The position numbers and the translations under genes were made by a program. This document shows positions 18,109 through 27,690 of a stretch of DNA of 36,024 nucleotides, in pieces; position 1 is the first letter of the stretch; the number at the start of each line of letters is the position of its first letter. Below the pieces are notes generated by a model. The model searched no databases. It saw only the letters and a list, made by a program, of their open reading frames with translations, and was not told the DNA's origin. Where the stretch lies: IMG/VR virus record IMGVR_UViG_2609459800_000003; one strand, given 5' to 3'. Source of the DNA: a virus. Its lineage: Duplodnaviria > Heunggongvirae > Uroviricota > Caudoviricetes.

Positions 18109-18618
18109 ATGATGACGCTGATTATTCCGCGAAAGGAGGCTCCCGTGTCCGGTGAGGGTACGGTGGTCATCCCGCAACCGGCAGGCGACGAGCCGGTGAT
18201 TAAAAACACGTTCTTTTTCCCCGATATCGACCCGAAGCGCGTCCGGGAACGTATGCGCCTTGAGCAGACCGTCGCCCCCGCTCGTCTGCGTGAGGCCATC
18301 AAGTCAGGCATGGCGGAGACGAATGCGGAGCTGTACGAGTACCGCGAACAGAAAATTGCCGCCGGTTTTACGCGTCTGGCGGACGTCCCGGCGGACGATA
18401 TCGACGGTGAAAGCATCAAAGTTTTTTACTACGAGCGCGCCGTGTGTGCGATGGCGACCGCGTCGCTTTATGAGCGTTATCGCGGCGTGGATGCCAGTGC
18501 GAAAGGCGACAAGAAGGCTGACAGCATTGACAGCACCATTGATGAACTGTGGCGGGATATGCGCTGGGCGGTGGCGCGTATCCAGGACAAGCCGCGCTGC
18601 ATCGTGAGTCAAATCTGA
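18109..18618 (+). CDS. L: head completion protein L
   Basis: 169 aa from ATG 18109 (MMTLIIPRKE...) after GAGG; the track ORF starts further upstream. Confidence 0.9.
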   Translation: MMTLIIPRKEAPVSGEGTVVIPQPAGDEPVIKNTFFFPDIDPKRVRERMRLEQTVAPARLREAIKSGMAETNAELYEYREQKIAAGFTRLADVPADDIDGESIKVFYYERAVCAMATASLYERYRGVDASAKGDKKADSIDSTIDELWRDMRWAVARIQDKPRCIVSQI

Positions 18619-18821
18619 TGAAGACCTTTGCGCTACAGGGCGACACGCTCGACGCCATTTGTGTCCGGTATTACGGGCGCACTGAGGGCGTGGTTGAGAC
18701 CGTGCTCGCCGCAAATCCGGGACTGGCTGAACTGGGTGCGGTGCTGCCGCACGGCACCGCCGTCGAACTGCCCGACGTTCAGACCGCGCCCGTGGCTGAA
18801 ACTGTCAATCTGTGGGAGTAA
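18618..18821 (+). CDS. X: tail protein X (LysM-like small protein)
   Basis: 67 aa from ATG 18618 overlapping the L stop (ATGA); P2 X size and position. Confidence 0.85.
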   Translation: MKTFALQGDTLDAICVRYYGRTEGVVETVLAANPGLAELGAVLPHGTAVELPDVQTAPVAETVNLWE

Positions 18822-18824
18822 CGC

Positions 18825-19118
18825 ATGACAGCAGAAGAAAAAAGCGTCCTGTCGCTTTTCATGATTGGGGTGCTGATTGTTGTCGGCAAGGTGCTTGCCG
18901 GTGGTGAACCCATCACCCCGCGTCTGTTTATCGGGCGCATGTTGCTCGGTGGTTTTGTCTCGATGGTTGCCGGTGTTGTTCTGGTGCAGTTTCCTGACCT
19001 GTCACTGCCTGCGGTGTGCGGCATCGGCTCCATGCTGGGTATCGCCGGTTATCAGGTGATTGAGATTGCCATTCAGCGCCGTTTTAAGGGCAGGGGAAAC
19101 CGTAATGCCGGTAATTAA
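18825..19118 (+). CDS. Y: holin Y
   Basis: 97 aa with hydrophobic helices; first gene of the lysis cassette; GGGAG Shine-Dalgarno. Confidence 0.9.
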   Translation: MTAEEKSVLSLFMIGVLIVVGKVLAGGEPITPRLFIGRMLLGGFVSMVAGVVLVQFPDLSLPAVCGIGSMLGIAGYQVIEIAIQRRFKGRGNRNAGN

Positions 19119-19602
19119 CACGCATCAGAATATCGCCGCCTTTCTCGACATGCTGGCGGTATCCGAAGGGACGGCGAATCATCCGCTGACGAAAAACCGG
19201 GGCTATGACGTGATAGTCACCGGACTGGACGGGAAGCCGGAAATTTTCACCGACTACAGTGACCACCCGTTCGCGCATGGCCGACCGGCGAAGGTGTTTA
19301 ACCGTCGCGGTGAAAAATCCACGGCCTCCGGTCGCTATCAGCAGCTTTACCTGTTCTGGCCGCACTACCGCAAACAGCTTGCCCTGCCGGATTTCAGTCC
19401 GTTGTCACAGGACAGACTCGCCATTCAGTTGATCCGCGAACGCGGTGCACTGGATGACATCCGGGCGGGACGCATTGAGCGCGCCATTTCACGCTGTCGC
19501 AATATCTGGGCGTCCCTGCCGGGTGCCGGTTACGGTCAGCGTGAGCATTCACTGGAAAAACTGGTCACCGTCTGGCGTACCGCTGGCGGCGTACCGGCTT
19601 AA
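19105..19602 (+). CDS. K: endolysin K
   Basis: 165 aa from ATG 19105 (MPVINTHQNIAAFLDMLAVSEGT...), P2 K size and N-terminus; overlaps the end of Y. Confidence 0.92.
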   Translation: MPVINTHQNIAAFLDMLAVSEGTANHPLTKNRGYDVIVTGLDGKPEIFTDYSDHPFAHGRPAKVFNRRGEKSTASGRYQQLYLFWPHYRKQLALPDFSPLSQDRLAIQLIRERGALDDIRAGRIERAISRCRNIWASLPGAGYGQREHSLEKLVTVWRTAGGVPA

Positions 19603-19616
19603 ACGGAGTAAACACC

Positions 19617-20042
19617 ATGAAGAAATTATCCCTTTCACTGATGCTGAACGTGTCGCTGGCGCTGATGCTGGCACTGTCCCTGATTTACCCGCAGAGCGTG
19701 GCCGTCAGTTTTGTCGCCACCTGGGCGATTCTGGCGACGGTTATCTGTGTGGTTGCCGGTGGTGTCGGCGTGTATGCCACGGAGTATGTACTTGAACGCT
19801 ACGGGCGGGAGCTGCCACCGGAATCGCTGGCCGTGAAGATTGTCACGTCGCTGTTTTTGCAGCCGGTGCCGTGGCGCAGACGGGCGGCGGCTCTGGTAGT
19901 GATGGTGGCGACGTTTATCTCGCTGGTCGCTGCCGGGTGGATTTTTACCGCGCTGATTTACCTCGTGGCGTCGCTGTTCTTCCGGCTGATACGTACGGCC
20001 TGCCGTCAGCGTCTTGAGGGGCGGGAACCATGTCAAAGCTGA
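19617..20042 (+). CDS. lysA: lysis regulatory membrane protein LysA
   Basis: 141 aa, multiple TM helices, P2 LysA size and position. Confidence 0.88.
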   Translation: MKKLSLSLMLNVSLALMLALSLIYPQSVAVSFVATWAILATVICVVAGGVGVYATEYVLERYGRELPPESLAVKIVTSLFLQPVPWRRRAAALVVMVATFISLVAAGWIFTALIYLVASLFFRLIRTACRQRLEGREPCQS

Positions 20043-20455
20043 TGATTGTGCTGGTTGTGTTGTTATCGCTGGCGGTGGCGGGACTGTTTCTGGTGAAGCA
20101 TGAAAACGCCAGCCTGCGCGCCTCGCTGGACAGGGCGAACAACGTCGCCAGTGAACAGCAGACGACCATCACCATGCTGAAAAATCAGCTTCATGTTGCC
20201 CTCACCAGGGCAGACAAAAACGAGCTGGCGCAGGTGGCACTGCGTCAGGAACTGGAGAACGCCGCGAAGCGTGAAGCACAGCGCGAGAAAACCATCACGA
20301 GGTTACTTAATGAAAACGAAGATTTTCGCCGCTGGTACGGCGCTGACCTGCCTGATGTTGTGCGCCGGTTGCACCAGCGTCCGGCCTGCACCGACGCCAG
20401 TGATTGTCGCCAACGCCTGCCCGAAAGTGAGTCTTTGCCCGATGCCGGGCAGTGA
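20030..20455 (+). CDS. lysB: i-spanin LysB (Rz-like)
   Basis: 141 aa, N-terminal TM anchor plus charged coiled-coil region; overlaps the lysA end. Confidence 0.88.
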   Translation: MSKLMIVLVVLLSLAVAGLFLVKHENASLRASLDRANNVASEQQTTITMLKNQLHVALTRADKNELAQVALRQELENAAKREAQREKTITRLLNENEDFRRWYGADLPDVVRRLHQRPACTDASDCRQRLPESESLPDAGQ

Positions 20456-20600
20456 CCCGGAGACGAACGGCGATTTAAGTGCCGATATCCGGCAGCTTGA
20501 GAACGCGCTGGCACGCTGTGCCAGCCAGGTAAAAATGATTAAACACTGTCAGGACGAAAACGATGCTCAAACCCGACAGCCTGCGCAGGGCGCTGACTGA
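20310..20600 (+). CDS. lysC: o-spanin LysC (Rz1-like lipoprotein), starts inside lysB in the +1 frame
   Basis: 96 aa from ATG 20310 (MKTKIFAAGTALTCLMLCAGCTSV...) with lipobox LCAGC and proline-rich mature part; GAGG upstream; extends past lysB into the start of R. Confidence 0.75.
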   Translation: MKTKIFAAGTALTCLMLCAGCTSVRPAPTPVIVANACPKVSLCPMPGSDPETNGDLSADIRQLENALARCASQVKMIKHCQDENDAQTRQPAQGAD

Positions 20601-21030
20601 TGCCGTCACGGTGCTGAAAACCAGTCCAGAGATGCTTCGGATATTCGTGGATAACGGGAGTATTGCCTCCACGCTGGCGACGTCGCTGTCGTTCGAAAAG
20701 CGTTACACGCTCAATGTGATTGTGACCGACTTTACCGGTGATTTTGACCTGCTCATCGTGCCGGTGCTGGCGTGGCTGCGGGAAAATCAGCCCGACATCA
20801 TGACCACCGACGAAGGTCAGAAAAAAGGTTTCACGTTTTATGCAGACATCAACAATGACAGCAGCTTTGATATCAGCATCAGCCTGATGCTGACCGAGCG
20901 AACGCTGGTCAGTGAGGTGGACGGCGTACTGCATGTGAAGAATATCCCGGAACCTCCGCCGCCGGAGCCGGTCACCCGCCCGGTGGAGCTTTATATCAAT
21001 GGCGAACTGGTGAGCAAGTGGGATGAATGA
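20563..21030 (+). CDS. R: tail completion protein R
   Basis: 155 aa as in P2 R. Confidence 0.9.
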   Translation: MLKPDSLRRALTDAVTVLKTSPEMLRIFVDNGSIASTLATSLSFEKRYTLNVIVTDFTGDFDLLIVPVLAWLRENQPDIMTTDEGQKKGFTFYADINNDSSFDISISLMLTERTLVSEVDGVLHVKNIPEPPPPEPVTRPVELYINGELVSKWDE

Positions 21031-21475
21031 GTTTAAGCGTTTTGAAGACCGGCTGACCGGACTTATTGAATCGCTGTCACCGTCAGGGCGTCGGCGACTG
21101 AGCGCCGAACTGGCGAAACGTCTGCGGCAGAGTCAGCAGCGCCGGGTGATGGCACAGAAAGCCCCGGACGGCACACCCTACGCACCACGCCAGCAGCAGA
21201 GCGCCAGAAAAAAGACCGGTCGCGTTAAGCGAAAAATGTTTGCGAAACTTATCACCAGTCGTTTTTTGCATATCCGCGCCAGCCCTGAACAGGCATCAAT
21301 GGAGTTTTACGGCGGGAAGTCACCGAAAATAGCCAGTGTGCATCAGTTCGGTCTGTCGGAAGAAACCCGGAAAGACGGTAAGAAAATTGATTATCCGGCG
21401 CGTCCTCTGCTCGGCTTTACCGGTGAGGATGTGCAGATGATTGAAGAGATTATCCTGGCTCACCTCGACCGTTAG
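21023..21475 (+). CDS. S: tail completion protein S
   Basis: 150 aa as in P2 S; start overlaps the R stop. Confidence 0.9.
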   Translation: MNEFKRFEDRLTGLIESLSPSGRRRLSAELAKRLRQSQQRRVMAQKAPDGTPYAPRQQQSARKKTGRVKRKMFAKLITSRFLHIRASPEQASMEFYGGKSPKIASVHQFGLSEETRKDGKKIDYPARPLLGFTGEDVQMIEEIILAHLDR

Positions 21476-21541
21476 TTGTGCCATTCCCGACACCTCATCG
21501 TTACATTGCCGCCGGTATGACCCGGCGGCATCCTTCCCGTT

Positions 21542-22177
21542 ATGAACACTCTCGCAAATATCCAGGAACTCGCGCGCGCACTGCGCAACATGATCCGCAC
21601 CGGCCTTGTCGTCGAAACCAACCTTAAAGCCGGTCGCTGCCGTGTGCAGACCGGCGGCATGTGCACCGACTGGCTTCAGTGGCTGACCTGTCGTGCCGGG
21701 CGTTCGCGCACATGGTGGGCACCTTCCGTGGGGGAGCAGGTGCTGATTCTGGCCGTGGGCGGTGAACTTGACACGGCGTTTGTTCTGCCGGGGATTTATT
21801 CCGGCGATAACCCCGCGCCGTCTGCGTCGGCGGATGCCCTGCATATCCGTTTCCCTGACGGGGCGGTGATTGAGTATGAACCCGAAACCAGTGCACTCAC
21901 GGTAAGCGGAATTAAAACGGCCAGCGTGACGGCTTCTGATTCTGTTACTGCCACGGTGCCGGTGGTCATGGTGAAAGCATCAACCCGCGTCACCCTGGAC
22001 ACACCGGAGGTGGTCTGCACCAACAGGCTGATTACCGGCACGCTGGAAGTGCAGAAGGGCGGGACGATGCGCGGCAACATTGAACACACCGGCGGTGAAC
22101 TCTCATCAAACGGTAAGGTACTGCATACCCATAAACACCCCGGCGACAGCGGCGGCACAACCGGGAGCCCTCTATGA
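21542..22177 (+). CDS. V: baseplate spike/hub protein V
   Basis: 211 aa as in P2 V. Confidence 0.9.
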   Translation: MNTLANIQELARALRNMIRTGLVVETNLKAGRCRVQTGGMCTDWLQWLTCRAGRSRTWWAPSVGEQVLILAVGGELDTAFVLPGIYSGDNPAPSASADALHIRFPDGAVIEYEPETSALTVSGIKTASVTASDSVTATVPVVMVKASTRVTLDTPEVVCTNRLITGTLEVQKGGTMRGNIEHTGGELSSNGKVLHTHKHPGDSGGTTGSPL

Positions 22178-22521
22178 CAGCGCGTTATCTCGGAATGAAT
22201 CGCAGTGATGGCCTGACTGTCACTGACCTTGAGCATATCAGCCAGAGTATCGGCGATATCCTGCGCACACCGGTCGGCTCACGGGTGATGCGTCGTGATT
22301 ACGGCTCGTTGCTGGCGTCAATGATTGACCAGCCGCAGACCCCGGCGCTTGAGTTGCAGATTAAGGTCGCCTGTTACATGGCGGTGCTGAAATGGGAACC
22401 CCGCGTCACCCTGTCATCCGTCACCACTGAGCGCAGTTTTGACGGGCGAATGACAGTTACGTTAACCGGCCAGCACAACGACACCGGCCAGCCACTTTCG
22501 TTAACCATCCCTGTGAGTTGA
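22174..22521 (+). CDS. W: baseplate wedge protein W (gp25-like)
   Basis: 115 aa; ATGA overlap with V. Confidence 0.9.
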   Translation: MTARYLGMNRSDGLTVTDLEHISQSIGDILRTPVGSRVMRRDYGSLLASMIDQPQTPALELQIKVACYMAVLKWEPRVTLSSVTTERSFDGRMTVTLTGQHNDTGQPLSLTIPVS

Positions 22522-22525
22522 AACC

Positions 22526-23434
22526 ATGCCGATTATCGACCTGAACCAGCTACCTGCACCGGATGTGGTCGAGGAGCTGGACTTTGAAACCATTCTTGCC
22601 GAACGCAAGGCGACACTGATTTCCCTTTACCCGGAAGACCAGCAGGAGGCGGTCGCCCGTACCCTGACGCTGGAATCCGAGCCTCTCGTCAAACTGCTGG
22701 AGGAAAATGCTTATCGTGAGCTTATCTGGCGTCAGCGTGTGAATGAGGCCGCACGGGCGGTGATGCTGGCCTGTGCCGCGGGTAATGACCTTGATGTGAT
22801 TGGTGCCAATTACAACACCACGCGTCTGACTATCACCCCGGCAGATGCTTCGACCATCCCGCCGACACCGGCAGTGATGGAATCTGATACCGATTATCGT
22901 CTGCGTATTCAGCAGGCGTTTGAAGGTTTAAGCGTCGCCGGGTCGGTGGGTGCCTATCAGTATCATGGTCGCAGTGCTGACGGGCGTGTCGCGGATATCT
23001 CTGTCACCAGTCCGTCTCCGGCCTGCGTCACCATCTCTGTGCTGTCACGTGAGAATAACGGTGTCGCATCCGAAGACCTGCTGGCGGTGGTGCGTAACGC
23101 CCTGAATGGCGAGGACGTCAGACCGGTGGCCGACCGCGTGACCGTGCAGTCTGCCGCCATTGTTGAATACCAGATAAACGCCACGCTTTACCTTTACCCT
23201 GGTCCCGAAAGTGAACCCATCCGCGCGGCCGCCGTGAAAAAACTGGAAGCATACATCACGGCACAGCACCGGCTGGGGCGCGACATCCGTCTGTCTGCCA
23301 TTTATGCCGCTTTGCATGTGGAAGGCGTGCAGCGTGTCGAACTGGCTGCACCACTGGCCGACATCGTGCTCAACAGTACGCAGGCGTCTTTCTGTACCGA
23401 ATACCGCGTCGTGACCGGAGGCTCGGATGAGTGA
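22526..23434 (+). CDS. J: baseplate protein J
   Basis: 302 aa as in P2 J. Confidence 0.9.
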   Translation: MPIIDLNQLPAPDVVEELDFETILAERKATLISLYPEDQQEAVARTLTLESEPLVKLLEENAYRELIWRQRVNEAARAVMLACAAGNDLDVIGANYNTTRLTITPADASTIPPTPAVMESDTDYRLRIQQAFEGLSVAGSVGAYQYHGRSADGRVADISVTSPSPACVTISVLSRENNGVASEDLLAVVRNALNGEDVRPVADRVTVQSAAIVEYQINATLYLYPGPESEPIRAAAVKKLEAYITAQHRLGRDIRLSAIYAALHVEGVQRVELAAPLADIVLNSTQASFCTEYRVVTGGSDE

Positions 23435-23957
23435 TTCGCGCCTGCTGCCGACCGGCTCATCACCGCTTGAAGTCGCCGCTGCAAAAGCCTGTGCGGAAAT
23501 TGAAAAAACGCCGGTCAGTATTCGTGAGCTGTGGAACCCGGACACCTGCCCGGCAAATCTGCTGCCGTGGCTGGCGTGGGCGTTTTCGGTCGACAGATGG
23601 GATGAAAAGTGGCCGGAAGCGACCAAACGCGCCGTTATTCGCGATGCCTATTTCATCCACTGTCATAAGGGCACGATAGGTGCAATCCGGCGTGTGGTGG
23701 AGCCGCTCGGCTATCTCATCAACGTGACGGAGTGGTGGGAAAACAGTGACCCGCCCGGCACCTTCCGGCTTGATATTGGTGTACTGGAAAGCGGTATCAC
23801 AGAGGCAATGTATCAGGAAATGGAACGGCTGATTGCCGATGCCAAACCTGCAAGCCGCCACCTTATTGGCCTGAACATTACCCGGGACATTCCCGGCTAC
23901 CTGTTCGCCGGTGGTGTGGCTTACGACGGCGATGTAATTACGGTTTACCCCGGATAA
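23427..23957 (+). CDS. I: baseplate protein I
   Basis: 176 aa as in P2 I; GGAGG Shine-Dalgarno. Confidence 0.9.
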   Translation: MSDSRLLPTGSSPLEVAAAKACAEIEKTPVSIRELWNPDTCPANLLPWLAWAFSVDRWDEKWPEATKRAVIRDAYFIHCHKGTIGAIRRVVEPLGYLINVTEWWENSDPPGTFRLDIGVLESGITEAMYQEMERLIADAKPASRHLIGLNITRDIPGYLFAGGVAYDGDVITVYPG

Positions 23958-23967
23958 GTGAGGAATA

Positions 23968-26178
23968 ATGAGCACAAAATTCAAAACCGTTATCACCACT
24001 GCCGGTGCAGCAAAGCTGGCAGCGGCAACCGCACCGGGAGGGCGGAAGGTCAACATTACCACGATGGCCGTCGGGGATGGCGGTGGTAAATTGCCTGTCC
24101 CGGATGCCGGACAGACCGGGCTTATCCATGAAGTCTGGCGACATGCGCTGAACAAAATCAGCCAGGACAAACGAAACAGTAATTATATTATCGCAGAGCT
24201 GGTTATTCCGCCGGAGGTGGGCGGTTTCTGGATGCGTGAGCTTGGCCTGTACGATGATGCGGGAACATTAATTGCCGTGGCGAACATGGCCGAAAGTTAT
24301 AAGCCAGCTCTTGCCGAAGGCTCAGGGCGTTCGCAGACCTGTCGCATGGTCATCATCGTCAGCAGTATGGCCTCAGTGGCGCTGACCATTGACACCACAA
24401 CGGTGATGGCGACGCAGGATTACGTTGATGACAAAATTGCAGAGCATGAACAGTCACGACGTCACCCGGACGCCTCGCTGACCGCAAAAGGTTTTACTCA
24501 GTTAAGCAGTGCGATCAACAGCACGTCTGAAACACTGGCCGCAACGCCGAAAGCGGTAAAGGCCGCGTATGATCTTGCTAACGGGAAATACACTGCGCAG
24601 GATGCCACCACAGCGCGAAAAGGCCTTGTCCAGCTCAGTAGCGCCACCAACAGCACGTCTGAAACGCTCGCCGCAACACCAAAAGCGGTAAAGGCAGCAT
24701 ATGACCTTGCTAACGGGAAATACACTGCACAGGACGCCACCACAGCGCGAAAAGGTCTTGTCCAGCTCAGTAGCGCCACCAACAGCGATTCTGAAACGCT
24801 TGCAGCAACGCCAAAGGCGGTTAAGACAGCGTATGACCTTGCTAACGGGAAATACACTGCGCAGGATGCCACCACGGCGCGAAAAGGCCTTGTCCAGCTC
24901 AGTAGCGCCACCAACAGTGATTCTGAAACGCTGGCCGCAACACCAAAAGCAGTGAAGTCTGCCTATGACAATGCTGAAAAACGTCTTCAGAAAGATCAGA
25001 ACGGTGCGGATATTCCGGGAAAGGATACCTTCACGAAAAATATCGGTGCCTGTCGTGCTTATAGCGGCGCTTTGAGCACTGAAGCCGGAAACTGGACAAC
25101 CGCTCAGTTTATTGACTGGCTAGAGTCTCAGGGAGCCTTTAATCATCCCTACTGGATGTGCAAGTGTTCCTGGTCATACGGTAATAACAAAATTATTACC
25201 GATACTGACTGTGGGACTATTCATCTTGCAGGTTGCGTGATTGAGGTTATGGGCGTTAAAGCTGCAATGACCATTCGTGTGACCACTCCGAGTACATCAA
25301 GTGGTGGTGGTACCACCAGTGCGCAATTCACGTATATCAATCACGGAGCTGATTATGCGCCGGGCTGGCGACGCGACTACAATACGAAAAATAAGCAACC
25401 GGCTTTTGCATTAGGGAAAACAGGAAATACGGTTGCAAATAATAAAGCGGTAGGATGGAACTGGGACAGTGGTGCTTATTGTGCACAGGATGGCGGAGCA
25501 TCAAAAATGGTGTTGCATTTTTACACGGGTGAGGGAAGTTGTCCGGCAATGCAGTTTCTTGTGGATTATAAAAACAGGGGGATTTTTTACAGGTCGGCAC
25601 GTGATGGGTATGGATTTGAGGCTGACTGGTCAGAGTTTTATACCACATCACGAAAGCCAACACCTGCGGATATTCTTGCTCTGGCATTATCAGGCGGAAG
25701 CATGTCAGGCAGCATAAAATTTATCAATGATGCCTTCCTGATTTGGGAAAGAAACACTGACTGGGCGAAAATTGGATTTAAAAATGATTCAGATGCTGAT
25801 TCTGACTCATACATGTGGTTTGAAACTGGTGATAATGGCAATGAATATTTTAAATGGCGCATCAGGTCTGGCAGCACAACAAAAGATCTGATGACGCTTA
25901 AGTCTGATGCACTACGGGTTACCGGGCAGGTGATACCATCAAATTTCAGCAATTTTGACTCCCGCTATGTCCGGGATATCCGACTTGGTGGTGCCGCCAC
26001 ATACAAACCTGCGAACAATGGCATGACATGGACACATCAGGCACCGTCCGGGTGTGTATATACCGGCATTATTGTTCAGGATACCGGCTCAAACTCTGCC
26101 GATAACATTGGTGGCGTATATTACAGACCGGTTCAGAAATACATTAACGGGACATGGTACAACGTGGCGCAGGTATAA
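23968..26178 (+). CDS. H: tail fiber protein H, with internal tandem repeats and an AT-richer C-terminal receptor-binding region
   Basis: 736 aa (P2 H is 669 aa as I recall); conserved N-terminal baseplate-attachment region; repeated SETLAATPKAVK-containing units; followed directly by G. Confidence 0.9.
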   Translation: MSTKFKTVITTAGAAKLAAATAPGGRKVNITTMAVGDGGGKLPVPDAGQTGLIHEVWRHALNKISQDKRNSNYIIAELVIPPEVGGFWMRELGLYDDAGTLIAVANMAESYKPALAEGSGRSQTCRMVIIVSSMASVALTIDTTTVMATQDYVDDKIAEHEQSRRHPDASLTAKGFTQLSSAINSTSETLAATPKAVKAAYDLANGKYTAQDATTARKGLVQLSSATNSTSETLAATPKAVKAAYDLANGKYTAQDATTARKGLVQLSSATNSDSETLAATPKAVKTAYDLANGKYTAQDATTARKGLVQLSSATNSDSETLAATPKAVKSAYDNAEKRLQKDQNGADIPGKDTFTKNIGACRAYSGALSTEAGNWTTAQFIDWLESQGAFNHPYWMCKCSWSYGNNKIITDTDCGTIHLAGCVIEVMGVKAAMTIRVTTPSTSSGGGTTSAQFTYINHGADYAPGWRRDYNTKNKQPAFALGKTGNTVANNKAVGWNWDSGAYCAQDGGASKMVLHFYTGEGSCPAMQFLVDYKNRGIFYRSARDGYGFEADWSEFYTTSRKPTPADILALALSGGSMSGSIKFINDAFLIWERNTDWAKIGFKNDSDADSDSYMWFETGDNGNEYFKWRIRSGSTTKDLMTLKSDALRVTGQVIPSNFSNFDSRYVRDIRLGGAATYKPANNGMTWTHQAPSGCVYTGIIVQDTGSNSADNIGGVYYRPVQKYINGTWYNVAQV
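24497..24976. repeat. 132-bp (44-aa) tandem repeat, about 3.6 copies, inside tail fiber gene H
   Basis: Unit starts at about 24499, 24631, 24763 and 24895 (exact 132-bp period), encoding ...AQDATTARKGLVQLSSATNS(T/D)SETLAATPKAVK(A/T/S)AYDLANGKYT...; copies differ by a few substitutions. Confidence 0.9.
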
Positions 26179-26181
26179 TTT

Positions 26182-26709
26182 ATGCAGCATTTGATAAATA
26201 TAACGGCAGGTAATCCAAAAACGGTTGAACAATATCAATTGACAAAGAACTTTGATGTTGTCTGGTTTTTTACAGAAGATGGTAAGAACTGGTACGAAGA
26301 ACAAAAGTATTTTGCTGATGACACGATAAAAATAGCGTACGACAAAGATAATATCATCCGCTATGTGGAAAAGGATGTGACAGCTATCAGACCGGATGGA
26401 TTAAGTGTGGTTGAAGTGGCGGATATTACTGCTAACCGACGGGCGGACATTTCAGGGAACTGGATGTTTAAGGACGGCAAAGTGATTAAACGCATTTATA
26501 CGACAGAGGAATTGCAGCAGCAGGCAGAAAATCGGAAAGCCAGACTTCTTGCAGATGCTGAATCCGTAATTTTGCCGCTGGAACGCGCTGTCAGGCTGAA
26601 TATGGCGACGGATGAAGAGCGCACACGACTGGAAGCATGGGAACGCTACAGCGTTCTGGTCAGTCGTGTGGATCCTGCAAATCCTGAATGGCCGGAAATG
26701 CCGCAATAA
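26182..26709 (+). CDS. G: tail fiber assembly chaperone G
   Basis: 175 aa as in P2 G; conserved C-terminus ...[14 protein letters not shown]. Confidence 0.9.
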   Translation: MQHLINITAGNPKTVEQYQLTKNFDVVWFFTEDGKNWYEEQKYFADDTIKIAYDKDNIIRYVEKDVTAIRPDGLSVVEVADITANRRADISGNWMFKDGKVIKRIYTTEELQQQAENRKARLLADAESVILPLERAVRLNMATDEERTRLEAWERYSVLVSRVDPANPEWPEMPQ

Positions 26710-26890
26710 GTTGTATGAGCTTACATATCTATTGCGTAGAGTAAAGCATAATCTGACAGTCCGCTCTGTGCCAGAAGCGGACGTAGCGGCAGCATACATA
26801 ACCTTATGATTTCTTAAAATTTTCCGCTTGGTTTCTGATTGACTAATGAAAATTAATTGAAATTATAAAGCATTCGCAGTAACTTGTGCG

Positions 26891-27136
26891 GTGCCGATAA
26901 TTTCATTCTACCCAATATCATTTATGATTGTAGATAAGAGTAGTGAAAAATATAACAACGGATATAGTGTTGCAATACCACTTGGAGCCGTGAAAATGGA
27001 ACTGGCCGATGATGTACTAAAAATAAACCTTTCATCATGGAATGATATTAAAACAGGATTTCCTTACACAGGGATTAATGAGTATGAGTTACTCATATTA
27101 GATGAGAATCTTTCATTTATAACTTATAAAAAATAA
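26891..27136 (+). CDS. hypothetical small protein at the Z/fun locus (start uncertain)
   Basis: The track start at 26891 is GTG; in-frame ATGs at 26924 and 26996, the latter preceded by GGAG (a 46-aa product). AT-rich; no motif recognised. Confidence 0.35.
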   Translation: MPIISFYPISFMIVDKSSEKYNNGYSVAIPLGAVKMELADDVLKINLSSWNDIKTGFPYTGINEYELLILDENLSFITYKK

Positions 27137-27191
27137 CAATTAACAATACTTCACTTATGTGTGAGTGGTTTTAAAGAGTAAATAATTCATA

Positions 27192-27494
27192 ATGGAAAAA
27201 AGTATGACAATTGAAACCATAAAAATACTAGCGGCAATTAGTAGCATCATTGGTTCTATGATTCTTGCCTATCGAGTTACAGGGATTCTTGCAGCACTTT
27301 CTCTTGCAATAAATTGCCATGAAGAAAACATTAAACAATTAATGCCAACCAATAAGGGGGATGTTTATTATCTCGCAAATGCAACTACGCACGTTAAAAA
27401 TGCGCAAAAGAAACCGCTTCTAATCACGGGGTTTATCTTTCTAATTGCATCTGGTTTTTTGCAGTTTACAGCGTTGATAATGGCAAATATTTAA
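27192..27494 (+). CDS. small membrane protein with two predicted TM helices, Z/fun locus cargo
   Basis: 100 aa; hydrophobic segments around residues 10-30 and 75-98; AT-rich; weak Shine-Dalgarno; followed by a terminator at 27664..27690. Confidence 0.5.
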   Translation: MEKSMTIETIKILAAISSIIGSMILAYRVTGILAALSLAINCHEENIKQLMPTNKGDVYYLANATTHVKNAQKKPLLITGFIFLIASGFLQFTALIMANI

Positions 27495-27663
27495 CAATGG
27501 AATGATACCACCGGTGGTGCGGCTGAAACGATTTGTACGTCATTTAAGCCGCATCGAAATTTAAAGTAACGTCCGCAATTCGCTCCAAGCAGACTGTCAG
27601 ATTTGATAGCGTTTCGGCTATGTAAATAGTCAGTCGGAAAATAAGTGAGTACAAATCAGGACA

Positions 27664-27690
27664 GGCGGGCGAATTGCCCGCCTTTTCTTT
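27664..27690 (+). terminator. rho-independent terminator closing the Z/fun cargo, upstream of the FI late promoter
   Basis: GGCGGGC-gaatt-GCCCGCC hairpin followed by TTTTCTTT. Confidence 0.6.

Noticed and set aside
23460-24170. 236-aa minus-strand ORF across the I/H junction
   Set aside because: Antisense to two well-supported baseplate and fiber genes.
24498-24955. ORFs on both strands (24498..24914 minus, 24701..24955 plus) with internally repetitive protein sequences
   Set aside because: They lie entirely inside the tandem repeat region of tail fiber gene H; the repeat periodicity keeps alternative frames open. Artefacts of the repeat.
26759-26782. Hairpin GTCCGC ... GCGGAC downstream of G as a possible terminator
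   Set aside because: 12-nt loop and no following T-tract; too weak to call.
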